DNA from: a bacterium
Lineage (GTDB): Bacteria; SAR324; NAC60-12
Length of the DNA: 64,000 nt
Direction: 5' to 3'
NCBI GenBank assembly: GCA_965205865.1
Contig: CBDBHR010000028.1
Location: 64,001-128,000, forward strand
The notes below the pieces were generated by a model, which made no database searches, was not told the origin of the DNA, and saw nothing but the letters and a program-made list of their open reading frames with translations. The position numbers and the translations under genes are program-made. Of the stretch, positions 53,312 through 63,620 are shown one piece after another. Position 1 is the first letter of the stretch. Each line of letters begins with the position of its first letter.

Positions 53312-54736
53312 CTACCTAAGCTCAGGTGGCCTCAGATGCGCCCACGGCGCCGCCTGCTCGCATGCCGCGGCGGCCTGCAGGACCAGCGTATCGGCGTGCC
53401 AGCGGCCGACGATCTGCAGCGCCACCGGCAGCCCCTCGGTGGTGAATCCACACGGCACGCTGGCGGTTGGCTGTCCCGTCAGGTTGAACGGAAAGGTGAA
53501 CGGCAGCCGGTCGAACATCGACGGCGTTGGGGTGCCGTCGATGGAGCTTGGGCCGCGCTCTACCGACCACGCCGCCAGCGGCATTTGCGGGGTGAGCAGC
53601 AGGTCGTAAGTATCGAACAGGCGCCGCACCTGGTGGTAGAACTCGGTGCGCGCCAGCTGCGCCAAGCCCAACTGCACGGCGGAAACCCGCTGCCCGGCCT
53701 CGATCATTTCCACCAGGCTGGGCTCGAACCACTCGGGCCGCCGGGCGTAGCGCTCGGCGTTACGCGCCGCGAAGGAAACGTTCCAGGTCATGGCTGCGGC
53801 CTCGCGTTGGTCGTCCCAACCAGGGTTGACGGCCTCGACCTCGCAGCCGAAGTCGCTGAAAAGATCGGCTGCTGCAGTGGTCAGACGCCGCACCTCCGGG
53901 TCTACCGCGGCGTAGCCCAGGTCGACGCTCCAGGCGACGCGCAGCCCGCGTAGGGCTTCGAGCGGCTGTGCCACCGCGGCGGCGTAATCCTCGGGTGGGC
54001 TGTCGATGGTTGTGGGGTCGCGCGGGTCGGGTCCGGCCAGGGCGCCGAGAAAGAGGGCCGCGTCGGCGACCGTGCGGGTAAGCGGACCGTTGTGCGTGCG
54101 GGCTGCCCAGATGTCGGGATTGGGCCAGTATGGTACGCGCCCGAAGGATGGCTTGTGACCGAAGACGCCGCACAACGCGGCGGGAATGCGGATGGAGCCC
54201 GCGCCGTCCGAGCCGTGCGCCAAGGGTCCAAGTCCGGCGGCCACTGCCGCTGCGGCGCCGCCACTGGATGCGCCCGAGGTGCGGTCCAGCCTCCACGGAT
54301 TGCGGCACGGCGGACCAAGCAGGTTGTCGCACATGTCCTTGTGCCCGTAGTGCGACGTATTCGTCTTGCCGATCACGATACCGCCGGCGGCCTTGGCGTG
54401 TTCGGTCACCAGGCCGTCGCTGTCCGCGATGTTGTCGGCGAAGAATTTGGAGCCGAACGTGCAACGCAGGCCGGCGACCGGTTCCAGGTCTTTGATGGAT
54501 ACGGGCAAGCCGTACAAGGCGCCTGCCGACTCGCCCCGCATGATACCCGACTCCGCCGCTCGCGCCGCGTCGCGCGCCCGCTCACCGTCCACCGCCAGGT
54601 AGGCGTTGATATGCGGGTTAACCGCTTCGATGCGCTTCAGCACCGCGTCCATGATTTCCACCGGCGAGAGCCGCCGCTCCCGAATCGCCGCTGCCAACTC
54701 GGTGGCCGGCGTAAAACAAAGCTCCGTTGCATCCAT
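53312..54736 (-). CDS. Amidase (amidase signature family), GC-rich
   Basis: [28 protein letters not shown]. Confidence 0.9.
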   Translation of the reverse strand: MDATELCFTPATELAAAIRERRLSPVEIMDAVLKRIEAVNPHINAYLAVDGERARDAARAAESGIMRGESAGALYGLPVSIKDLEPVAGLRCTFGSKFFADNIADSDGLVTEHAKAAGGIVIGKTNTSHYGHKDMCDNLLGPPCRNPWRLDRTSGASSGGAAAAVAAGLGPLAHGSDGAGSIRIPAALCGVFGHKPSFGRVPYWPNPDIWAARTHNGPLTRTVADAALFLGALAGPDPRDPTTIDSPPEDYAAAVAQPLEALRGLRVAWSVDLGYAAVDPEVRRLTTAAADLFSDFGCEVEAVNPGWDDQREAAAMTWNVSFAARNAERYARRPEWFEPSLVEMIEAGQRVSAVQLGLAQLARTEFYHQVRRLFDTYDLLLTPQMPLAAWSVERGPSSIDGTPTPSMFDRLPFTFPFNLTGQPTASVPCGFTTEGLPVALQIVGRWHADTLVLQAAAACEQAAPWAHLRPPELR

Positions 54737-55010
54737 CGCGATCTCCCATCACGTCAAAGGAAATTGGAAAGAGAACAATCACGCATTCTGTTTGATCTGA
54801 ATTGTTTTCACGAGAACCTCCTACATGTCAGCCAATGCCTTCTGAATCGCTTTCAACTCAGCATCATTGATACCCCACATTCCGGCGGTCACCCAATGAC
54901 CTGATGATTGCTGCCACAGCAAAAGTTCATAACCTAATTGTCGTAACCCATAACATTGATGAATTTAGCTGTGTTGAAGGATTGCGAGCAGAAGATTGGG
55001 AGTAAAATTG

Positions 55011-55390
55011 TCACTTCCATATAGCTTCAATCCCATTTTTTCCCAGGAATTCAACAGCCATTTGTTCGATACAAGTCTCTTTGTATTTTTCAAAGGTATT
55101 GGGAATTTCGTAACTGTCATAGCTCTCCAGGATTGTCTTCCGCCATCTTCCAATAGAACAACCCACGCCATAGTAGACATCCTGGACTCTATTTTTCAGT
55201 TCTTCGTTGTCCGTCCAATCGGAATTGAGAAATTCCTGAAGAATCTTGTGATGTTCATTATGAGTCAGTCCAGGAATTTCAAGACAATCATTTGGATAAG
55301 ATTCAACCTTCATGCGAAGTTCTTGATTTTCTTCTTCAGGGATTCCTGTTTCCATATTGGCATCCCAATCATCGATTAGAGGTAGAATCT
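55011..55390 (-). pseudogene. Hypothetical protein C-terminal part (possibly UPF0158-like)
   Basis: Coding-like acidic ORF whose 5' end runs into a REP-like palindrome. Confidence 0.35.
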
Positions 55391-55461
55391 GGTAGGGCCA
55401 GGTTACGCCCCGGCCTCTGCAAGCCGTGCGTTTCAAGGCCGGGACGTAACCCGGCCCTACC
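55391..55461. repeat. Inverted pair of GTAG-type REP-like sequences
   Basis: GGTAGGGCCAGGTTACGCCCCGGCC ... GGCCGGGACGTAACCCGGCCCTACC. Confidence 0.75.
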
Positions 55462-55581
55462 GTTCTATTAATTCACTGTTATTATTGATGTTTCCCCTTG
55501 TATTAGTGCCATTCGGGACAGATTTATTTTATAAAATCAATCTGTCTCTTTTCCCCCCTTTTTTTTGACCCTTACATATTG

Positions 55582-56670
55582 TCAAGACGTGCTTACTGTC
55601 AGCGCGCTTGACACAGGGTCCCAATAATAAGGGTAATCTTGATTTAAGGAATCAATTATCGTCATATCAGAGGCACTCAATTCAAAGTCAAAAATCGCCA
55701 GGTTTTCAGTGATATGATCTCGTGATTTAGACCTTGGAATCGGTATTACGCTATTCTGCAACATCCATCTCTCCACGATTTGAATATATGCTTTACTCAT
55801 CTTGCTGGCAATCAGTTCAATCTCCGGATGTTTGTAAAGGGTACAAGCAAGCCCAATTCCGTATCCAATCAACACAACTCCTAGTTCCATCGCAACAGAA
55901 CGTAAATCGGGCGATGCAAACATGGGATGAAATTCTATTTCATTCACTGCAGGCATCACTTCCGCGTAATTCATCATTTCCAGCAACATATTCGCTGGAT
56001 AGTTTGATACCCCGATATATTTGCATTTACCGGCTTTTTGGGCCATTTCCAATGTTTTCCATGACTCTTTTCGGATAGCTAGCGCCCTTGCCAGATCACT
56101 TTCGAGTTTAACTCTGTCCTGCTTGTGTTTCATTAAGATAGGTCTCAATATTTCACCATCCGGGAACTTCATGCTCAAAGCAGATTTCCCACCAGAATGA
56201 TTGCCTAACTCGAAATGATGAGGCAAGGTTGCCGCATTGTACTCCACCGCACTGGTCGTAGGATTATGGAGTAAACACAAGTCAATCTGATCAACCCCTA
56301 ATTTTTGCAGACACAAGTCAATTGATGCCTCTTCCCTGCCTTTCAAATTGTTTTTGTTGAGCATCCATAAATTGTCTGAATCCGAGGGAAAGAATCCAAC
56401 TTTGCTTGTAATCCAGATTTCTTCCCTGGGGATTGAACTCTTGAGTATTGCTTCACCCACTTCTACTTGATTACCATATAGTAGGGCGGTATCAATCATA
56501 CGATAGCCAGCATTCAACGCATTCGTCACAGCTTCAATACAAACATCGCCATGCAATGAGGCTGTACCAAATCCCACTGTAGGGATCTGCCCTTGCTGTC
56601 CAGCTACATGAAATGAATATTGTGGACTGGTAAATCCTGACATCATAGCTTTTCTTGGTTTAGATCTCAT
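55582..56670 (-). CDS. Aldo/keto reductase
   Basis: GFGT, GYRMIDTALLYGNQ, WITSKV, IGVSNY, PAVNEIEFHP, IPRS. Confidence 0.85.
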   Translation of the reverse strand: MRSKPRKAMMSGFTSPQYSFHVAGQQGQIPTVGFGTASLHGDVCIEAVTNALNAGYRMIDTALLYGNQVEVGEAILKSSIPREEIWITSKVGFFPSDSDNLWMLNKNNLKGREEASIDLCLQKLGVDQIDLCLLHNPTTSAVEYNAATLPHHFELGNHSGGKSALSMKFPDGEILRPILMKHKQDRVKLESDLARALAIRKESWKTLEMAQKAGKCKYIGVSNYPANMLLEMMNYAEVMPAVNEIEFHPMFASPDLRSVAMELGVVLIGYGIGLACTLYKHPEIELIASKMSKAYIQIVERWMLQNSVIPIPRSKSRDHITENLAIFDFELSASDMTIIDSLNQDYPYYWDPVSSALTVSTS

Positions 56671-56904
56671 GTCGCCTTTTTAAGATATAAGGTTTGATTA
56701 CCACCTAGTGTTTCGCTGAAACAGGTCTATCATTTATTCCCTGAAGTTACTACGTAAAACAGACAGTCTCCAAGGGTTGTGATAATAATGAAGTTTCACA
56801 AAAACAAACAAATCTTTTTAAGGAGACTATCATGGAAAAAATTAACATTGAATTTTTATCAGGCCATTTCGGCATGAACCAAAAAATGAGGAGTTCTATT
56901 TGCT

Positions 56905-57091
56905 CTTGCTGTCATTGCTTACGTTCTTTTTCAAAGAGTAGACAGGCTTCTTGAAGAGCCTCGAGGTGGGGAGTCGGTGAAATGATCAATAAATTTTTTA
57001 ACTTTCGAAGCATCAAATCCTTTCCGGATTTTATGCTGAGAAAAATGCGTGCTTAAATCGAAGAGATCTCTAAAGAAACCCGAATAGTTAC
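56905..57091 (-). mobile_element. IS66 end remnant
   Basis: Homologous to 700-911 and 52670-52868; ends GAATAGTTAC. Confidence 0.75.
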
Positions 57092-57121
57092 CCTGAAACA
57101 AAGGAAGCTACTGCCAAGAAA

Positions 57122-58048
57122 ATGTCAGAAAAAAAAATTCCTGGAATCATCGCCATTGTTGGTCCGACTGGTAGTGGAAAAAGTGCTTTGGCTCTTTGTC
57201 TGGCACAAACGTTGGGAGGAGAAATTATCTGCGCTGATTCCATGCAGGTTTATCAAAAATTGAATATTGGTACTGCCAAACCGACGGCTGCCGAACAAGC
57301 CTCAGTGCGGCATCACCAGTTGGATCTCATTGAACCGGATGGGCATTATTCCGCAGGACGGTATGAAAAGGATGCTGACGTCGTCATTGCAAAACTTCAT
57401 CAGCAGCGCAAACCCGTTATTTTGGTGGGAGGAACTTCCCTTTATTTTCGTTGCGCTATCTTTGGAATTTGTCCCATTCCCGATATTTCTCCTCAAATCA
57501 GGGAAAAAGTTCGGCACTGGTACAATCAGGGGTTGTCTTATTGCTACCACAAACTTCAACAGTTGGATCCTGCCAGCGCCTCTAAACTACACCCGAATGA
57601 CAGGGCTCGTATCTTAAGAGCTTTGGAAGTGCAACTCCATACGGGCAAATCGATCCAAGTCTACCAACGCGAACATGGCTTCAAAAACAAAAAATATTCC
57701 GTGTTTTCCGTGGGATACCGGTATGAAAGGGAGCGGTTATACCATTTGATCAATCAAAGGACTCTTGCCATGCTGGAAGCAGGTTTTGTGGAGGAAGCGC
57801 GCTCCCTGCTAGCGGAATATCCTTCGAATCTTCGTTGCTTGCAGAGTATAGGTTATCACCAAATTATACGTTTCCTCGACAATCGTTTGACGGAGGAAGA
57901 AATGGTAGCGGAAATTCAACAGAAAACCCGGAATTACGCCAAGCGTCAATTGAGCTGGCTTCGGAAAGACACGAGCATTCACTGGTTTTCTGCAAAAGAA
58001 CAAGCCCGAATCTTACAGACAGTGCGGAATTTTTTACAAAACCACTGA
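57122..58048 (+). CDS. miaA: tRNA dimethylallyltransferase
   Basis: GPTGSGKS, ADSMQVY, IGTAKP, HPND..R..RALEV, TRNYAKRQ. Confidence 0.95.
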   Translation: MSEKKIPGIIAIVGPTGSGKSALALCLAQTLGGEIICADSMQVYQKLNIGTAKPTAAEQASVRHHQLDLIEPDGHYSAGRYEKDADVVIAKLHQQRKPVILVGGTSLYFRCAIFGICPIPDISPQIREKVRHWYNQGLSYCYHKLQQLDPASASKLHPNDRARILRALEVQLHTGKSIQVYQREHGFKNKKYSVFSVGYRYERERLYHLINQRTLAMLEAGFVEEARSLLAEYPSNLRCLQSIGYHQIIRFLDNRLTEEEMVAEIQQKTRNYAKRQLSWLRKDTSIHWFSAKEQARILQTVRNFLQNH

Positions 58049-58163
58049 TTTCCTTCTCTTTGAGACCTACGAAACCCCTTGTGATTTCGGACGATAAAAG
58101 TAATGCTCATTGACGAATCGTAGTGCCCAAATCTAAACGCGAATTGCGAACTGAGAACGTAAC

Positions 58164-58468
58164 ATGACTGAAAAAAAGAAGGGAAAACTGAGAAGCCGTC
58201 AGTGGTTCGATGATTCCGGAGAAGCAGGCTCGACTGCATTGCAGGTTGAACGCCATACCAATTTTTGAATCACAGCCAAAGAATTACGCTCCGGGAAACC
58301 ATTGATTTAGAGATTCCTCTCCTTGGCAAAACTATTGCGGAAAACATGGCCAACACACCCTCGCGCAACGAAGCGGTGATCCGATGCTACCATAAACCTT
58401 TGAAGGAGAATGAGGGATTTATCGTGCTCAAAGGCAACCTCTTTGATGCTGGTATAATGAAAACCTCG
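58164..58468 (+). pseudogene. IlvD/Edd-family (sugar-acid) dehydratase collapsed to ~300 bp
   Basis: KLRSRQWFD...ELRSGKPLI joined to GKTIAEN...GFIVLKGNLFDAGIMKTS. Confidence 0.7.
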
Positions 58469-58488
58469 GACCCGGGAAAGACTGCAAT

Positions 58489-59457
58489 ATGAATGTCTAT
58501 ATTGCTGCCATTGATGTGGGGAGTAATGCAGTGAGGATGACTTTGGGAAATTGCCAACAGTCCGCCCAAACCGAGGTTTCGCTGAATCTGATAAAGTCTT
58601 GGCGTAGTTTTTTACGATTGGGAGAAGATGTTTTCCAATTCGGTCACATAACGACAAGCAGTCTGGAAATATTGACGGATATTTTGAAGCGATATGTCAA
58701 CGAGTTGCGGGCCTATCCCAACGTGTCTATTTTCATTGCTGCAACGAGTGCAATGCGTGCGGCAAAAAACCGGCAGGAAGCTCTCCGGCATGCGCAGAAA
58801 CATGCTGGTATTAAAATCAAAATCTTGTCTGGTATTGATGAAGCCGACTGTATGCTCAACGCCTTGCGCAATATGATGGCATGGCGTTCCCTGGATGCGG
58901 GAATTAAACGATTCCTCCTGGCAGACTTGGGAGGAGGCAGCTTGGAAATTTCCGTTGTGGAAGCCTCCCTGCTTCTTTACCGGAAAAGTTTGGATTATGG
59001 CGCTCTGCGTCTGGCGAAGTTGAGTTCAAATGCTCAGAAGGCGGCCTTGAAAACTCTGTATCGGGAGATCCGGGAAATTAGAAAATACTTTGCGGAGCAC
59101 CGAATCAATATTCCGTTTCGATTGGTTTTGACAGGAGGGAGCGCCAAAGTGATGGCTCGTTTGATCCATCAGAGACAACACCCCGGAAGCCCCCTTCCGT
59201 CTCTGCTCACCATCTCTTGGGAACAATTCATGGAAACCAGGATTGCAGTTCTTAATCAGGCGACTGATCATTATGGGTCGTCTCTCGAAATCCGATCAGA
59301 TCAAGCAGAAACGTTTAACCCTGCACTTCACGTTTTTGAACAGTTGGGTAATATCGTTGGTTGTGAAGAAATTTCAATACCATTCATAGGGTTGAAAGAA
59401 GGTTTGTTACTGCAACGAGCTCAAAGGATTTTCCCTCAATGCTCCTTATTGTTGTGA
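58489..59457 (+). CDS. ppx: Ppx/GppA phosphatase (short form)
   Basis: AAIDVGSNAVRM, ATSAMR, ILSGIDEA, DLGGGSLE, GLKEG. Confidence 0.8.
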   Translation: MNVYIAAIDVGSNAVRMTLGNCQQSAQTEVSLNLIKSWRSFLRLGEDVFQFGHITTSSLEILTDILKRYVNELRAYPNVSIFIAATSAMRAAKNRQEALRHAQKHAGIKIKILSGIDEADCMLNALRNMMAWRSLDAGIKRFLLADLGGGSLEISVVEASLLLYRKSLDYGALRLAKLSSNAQKAALKTLYREIREIRKYFAEHRINIPFRLVLTGGSAKVMARLIHQRQHPGSPLPSLLTISWEQFMETRIAVLNQATDHYGSSLEIRSDQAETFNPALHVFEQLGNIVGCEEISIPFIGLKEGLLLQRAQRIFPQCSLLL

Positions 59458-60144
59458 ATGATAATGTTGGCATTCACTCGACAGTTGGGGATATTGATCT
59501 GGAAGGATGTGGTTATTGACATTCGCAGGAAAGAAAATTTTCTTTCCATGTTTTTATTTTCGCTCTTAACTCTCATCATTTTCAATTTTGCTCTCGGAGA
59601 TGATCCGAAATTTTTCCGTTTGATGATCCCCGGGATCATTTGGGTAGTATTTTTACTGGCAGGTATTTTGGGATTGAGTAAAACTTTTATTCAGGAAGTG
59701 GAAAACGGGTGCATGACAGGTTTGCTCATGGCTCCCATTGACCGAGGCCAATTGTTTTTGGGGAAAATGTTGAGCACGACCCTTTTTCTGTCACTGGTTC
59801 AGCTGCTAATCGTTCCCATGTTTATCGTTTTTTTTGATCTGACATTGGCCCGCGAATGGTGGATGCTGGTATTGGTGATGCTATCAGGCACCTTAGGCTT
59901 CACTTCCCTGGGGACATTGTTGGCCGCCATGACTGCAAGCCTGCGGGGGCGGGAAGTGCTCCTCCCTATCCTGTTATTTCCACTGATGACTCCTAATCTG
60001 ATCAGTGTGGTTCACATCACCGAGTATATATTTTTTGGAGGACAATGGGAAGAAGTATGGTCCTGGTGGAAGCTACTGATTATATTTGATGTGATTGTGG
60101 GGACTGTTTCCTATCTCAGTTTCGAATTTGTTCTGGAGGAATGA
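59458..60144 (+). CDS. ccmB: Heme exporter protein CcmB
   Basis: PGIIWV, F..E.ENG, REVLLPILLFP. Confidence 0.85.
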   Translation: MIMLAFTRQLGILIWKDVVIDIRRKENFLSMFLFSLLTLIIFNFALGDDPKFFRLMIPGIIWVVFLLAGILGLSKTFIQEVENGCMTGLLMAPIDRGQLFLGKMLSTTLFLSLVQLLIVPMFIVFFDLTLAREWWMLVLVMLSGTLGFTSLGTLLAAMTASLRGREVLLPILLFPLMTPNLISVVHITEYIFFGGQWEEVWSWWKLLIIFDVIVGTVSYLSFEFVLEE

Positions 60145-60240
60145 GCTAAAAGAAAACAATTAAGGATTTGGACTTTGAATGCCTAGTATCGTAAGGTAAA
60201 AGTATGGACATGTTTTTCTCCTTCTGGCTATTCGTAGCGT

Positions 60241-60305
60241 TGTCATTCCGGGCGAAGACCCGGAATCCAGAGATACCCTGGATTCCCGCCTTCGCGAGAA
60301 TGACA
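60241..60305. repeat. Palindromic TGTCATTCC...GAATGACA element
   Basis: Same family as 46539-46611. Confidence 0.7.
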
Positions 60306-60548
60306 CAGAGGGTGTGTACGGACTTTCGCCACAGTGTACTAGCATAACCAGACTGGAACGCGCAGCATATTGAGGACGCTGAAGAACAAAGACGAAAAAC
60401 AGTTTTAAAAATGGACTTATGATGGTAATTTCTATGATATAGTGCTATCTGCCAAAGATGAGAACTGCAAAAGCAGGAAATTTAATTGTTGATCAGAGGA
60501 ATGAGTCTTCATTCAAAAAAAATCAATCACCCAAATTAAGTTATTGAT

Positions 60549-61541
60549 ATGAAAGCAATTATTGTTCCTGAATTTGGAGATGCCGATGTGTTGCAAGTGG
60601 CAAAGGTTCCTGCTCCTCGTCCCGGATCAAATGATCTCCTCGTCAATGTTCATTCAGCCGGAATCAACCGTGCGGATATCCTACAAAGGCGCGGCCATTA
60701 TCCACCACCACCGGGCGCCTCGGAAATTCTGGGATTGGAAATTGCAGGTATTGTGGAGGAAACAGGGTCGCAGGTATTGGATTTTCAAAAAGGGGACCGG
60801 GTTTTTGGTCTTATTGGTGGTGGGGGCTATGCGGAACAGGCGGTGTTGGATTATCGACTGGCTATGCCCATTCCCGAAACCTGGGACTTTAGCATGGCGG
60901 CAGGAGTTTCTGAGGCTTTTTTTACTGCCAATGAAAACCTGTTCACGATGGGGGAGTTGGTTCCTGATGAAACTGTTTTAATTCATGCGGGAGGCAGCGG
61001 TGTGGGCAGTGCAGAAACGCAGATGGCTCATTTGATAGGAGCAAGAGTTTTCATCACGGCAGGTTCACAAAAAAAAATTGAATCCAGCTTGAAATTGGGA
61101 AGTGTTGCCGGAGTGAATTATAAAACTCAGGATTTTGTAGAAGAGGTCACACGGTTAACCGCAGGACAAGGCGTCAATCTCGTACAGGATTTTGTGGGGG
61201 CAGCATATTTGAATCGAAATTTACAGGTTTTACGACATCAAGGCCGATTGGCGTTGATTGGTCTGCTCGGAGGAGCGCAGGCAGAAATTAATCTGGCGAC
61301 TGTGATGTCGAAACGTCTTCGCATTTTTGGTTCAACATTACGCAGCCTTCCGATTGGAGAAAAAATTGCAATCAAAGAACGCTTTGAAAAAAATTGGTTC
61401 CCCCGATTGATCGACGGCAAGGTTCGTCCCATTATTGATCATGTTTTCCCATTGGAACAAGCTGCCGATGCGCATAAATATATGGAAGCGAGCGAGCATT
61501 TTGGGAAAATTATCTTAACCGTCACGCCTGCGCACCGCTGA
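60549..61541 (+). CDS. NAD(P)H-quinone oxidoreductase, PIG3 family
   Basis: GINRADILQRRGHYPPPPGASEILGLE, HAGGSGVG, HFGKIIL. Confidence 0.9.
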   Translation: MKAIIVPEFGDADVLQVAKVPAPRPGSNDLLVNVHSAGINRADILQRRGHYPPPPGASEILGLEIAGIVEETGSQVLDFQKGDRVFGLIGGGGYAEQAVLDYRLAMPIPETWDFSMAAGVSEAFFTANENLFTMGELVPDETVLIHAGGSGVGSAETQMAHLIGARVFITAGSQKKIESSLKLGSVAGVNYKTQDFVEEVTRLTAGQGVNLVQDFVGAAYLNRNLQVLRHQGRLALIGLLGGAQAEINLATVMSKRLRIFGSTLRSLPIGEKIAIKERFEKNWFPRLIDGKVRPIIDHVFPLEQAADAHKYMEASEHFGKIILTVTPAHR

Positions 61542-61631
61542 TCTTCCATGTTCTGCCTTTTCAACTGAAAAGTCGGGCAAAGATTGGCTATTTTGACAGG
61601 TGTTGATTATTCAATACGAAATAGTGTAAAG

Positions 61632-62654
61632 ATGTCTTTCAATACGCCAATACAGTTTTTCCAATCAGGAGAATTGGATAAGATCTTTGCTCCAATACAG
61701 GCGGAGTTGGACCTGGGAAAACAAGCCATTCAGAACAATTTGGACGGACAATTGCCTTTGTTGGCAGAGGTGATTGATCATATCCAGGCTGCCCAAAGAA
61801 TTCCTTTGCGATCTATTCTGCTGGCATTGAGTGCTCGCCTTTTCTCCTATACAGGAAGCGAAGTGCCTCACGTTGCCAGCGTATTGGAATATTTGAACAC
61901 GGCAGCGGCTCTCCATCAAAAAATCATATTGACCGAAGAGTTTCGACGTAATCAGAAAGATCTGTCAAATATCTGGGGCAATGAAGCTAGCGTCCTCTTG
62001 GGAGACTATTTGTTGTCCATCGCATTTAAAACCATGACACGCTTAGGAAATTTCGAATTGTTGGATACGATTTCCGCAACGACCCAATCAATTGCGCGAG
62101 GTCAGGTTTTATCCATTTCCCCATTCTTCTGGAAAGATGCCGAATCCCATGCCTTAGAAGTCATCCGCAATAAAAAAGCTAGTTTGTTTATGGCAGGAGT
62201 CAAATGCGGGGCTATATTGGGTAACGCCAGTCAGGAAATCCAGCAGGCGCTCAACGACTTCGGATCCAATCTGGGAATGGGAGTTGTATTGAAAAAAGAA
62301 CTATCCCATATGCAAAATCTCGACCTGACGATTGTGGCATTTGAGAAAAACAATCTACAATTTCCATTGTCTGCACTCATGCAGCAAATGCATGCCCGAG
62401 GACAGCAGGCTGACTTGGAACAACTTTTGTCGAATTTGGCGCAAGAGAATTTCTCTGAGGCATATGGGGAAAAGCTGCAATCCTTTCTTCGTGAGAACCG
62501 GATCTATGATTACACGCAGAAATTAATTGCAAATTATCTAGACGAAAGTGAGAGAGCTTTGATCCCACTGACCCACTTGGATACATCTTCCATGCTCAAG
62601 CTTGCGCATTCGCTGCTTGGTCCTGATGCAGTTTATCCAAGAAATGGGATGTAG
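61632..62654 (+). CDS. Polyprenyl synthetase (IspB-like) homologue lacking DDxxD motifs
   Basis: LR..LL.LSAR, WGNEASVLLGDYLLS, IARGQV, KKASLF, FGSNLG. Confidence 0.75.
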   Translation: MSFNTPIQFFQSGELDKIFAPIQAELDLGKQAIQNNLDGQLPLLAEVIDHIQAAQRIPLRSILLALSARLFSYTGSEVPHVASVLEYLNTAAALHQKIILTEEFRRNQKDLSNIWGNEASVLLGDYLLSIAFKTMTRLGNFELLDTISATTQSIARGQVLSISPFFWKDAESHALEVIRNKKASLFMAGVKCGAILGNASQEIQQALNDFGSNLGMGVVLKKELSHMQNLDLTIVAFEKNNLQFPLSALMQQMHARGQQADLEQLLSNLAQENFSEAYGEKLQSFLRENRIYDYTQKLIANYLDESERALIPLTHLDTSSMLKLAHSLLGPDAVYPRNGM

Positions 62655-62693
62655 GCATGTACTGGTTTCAATTTTTTTGTGGTAAAGGTAAAA

Positions 62694-63620
62694 ATGAGTG
62701 AGCGGCGAGAACAACATTTAAAACGGCTGGAAAATGAGTCGATCCATATTATTCGAGAAGTAGTAGCGGAGTTTCAAAATCCGGTAATGCTATATTCTGT
62801 CGGAAAGGATTCTTCGTGTATGATACGATTGGCACAAAAAGCCTTTTATCCCGGGAAATTCCCATTTCCGCTCTTGCATGTGGACACGGGGTATAAATTC
62901 CAGGAGATGTACGAATTTCGGGATGCCTTTGCCAAGGAAATCGGCGCCACTTTGCTAGTGGAGCGTAACGAAGAAGCCATCCGCAACGGAGCCCATCCTC
63001 AAAAGCTGGGAGCGGATAAATGCTGTGCTCAATTAAAAACTCGAGCTCTACTGGATGCATTGAAAAAACATGGGTTTGATGCGGCATTTGGCGGTGCTCG
63101 ACGAGATGAAGAAAAATCGCGGGCCAAGGAACGCATCTTTTCTGTTCGTGATGAATTCGGTCAATGGAATCCCAAAGACCAGCGTCCTGAACTTTGGAAT
63201 TTATACAATGGTGAAATCAACCCTGGGCAATCCGTACGCGTGTTTCCTTTGAGCAACTGGACGGAAGCCGACATCTGGCAATATATCAAACAGGAAAAAA
63301 TCCCTCTGGTGCCGCTCTATTATGCCCGGAAACGCAAAGTCGTTGTGCGCAGTGGAATTACAATCCCATTGGATCTATATGATGTGGTGGACCCGGCGGG
63401 TAAAGAGCCTGTGAAGGAAGAGGAAGTGCAAGAGACAATGTGCCGCTTTCGTAGTTTGGGCTGCGCTCCTTGTACCGGCGCCATCCAATCAAAAGCTCAA
63501 ACATTGGATGATATAATCGATGAAGTATGGCAAGCCAGGAAGTCGGAGCGGGAAAATCGCATCATTGATTTAACCAGTGATTCCTCCATGGAACAAAAAA
63601 AACGGGAAGGGTATTTTTAG
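62694..63620 (+). CDS. cysD: Sulfate adenylyltransferase subunit 2
   Basis: [44 protein letters not shown]. Confidence 0.95.
   Translation: MSERREQHLKRLENESIHIIREVVAEFQNPVMLYSVGKDSSCMIRLAQKAFYPGKFPFPLLHVDTGYKFQEMYEFRDAFAKEIGATLLVERNEEAIRNGAHPQKLGADKCCAQLKTRALLDALKKHGFDAAFGGARRDEEKSRAKERIFSVRDEFGQWNPKDQRPELWNLYNGEINPGQSVRVFPLSNWTEADIWQYIKQEKIPLVPLYYARKRKVVVRSGITIPLDLYDVVDPAGKEPVKEEEVQETMCRFRSLGCAPCTGAIQSKAQTLDDIIDEVWQARKSERENRIIDLTSDSSMEQKKREGYF

Noticed and set aside
54810-55000. Possible methyltransferase C-terminal relic on the minus strand (MWGINDAELKAIQKALADM)
   Set aside because: Similarity is only suggestive without a search.
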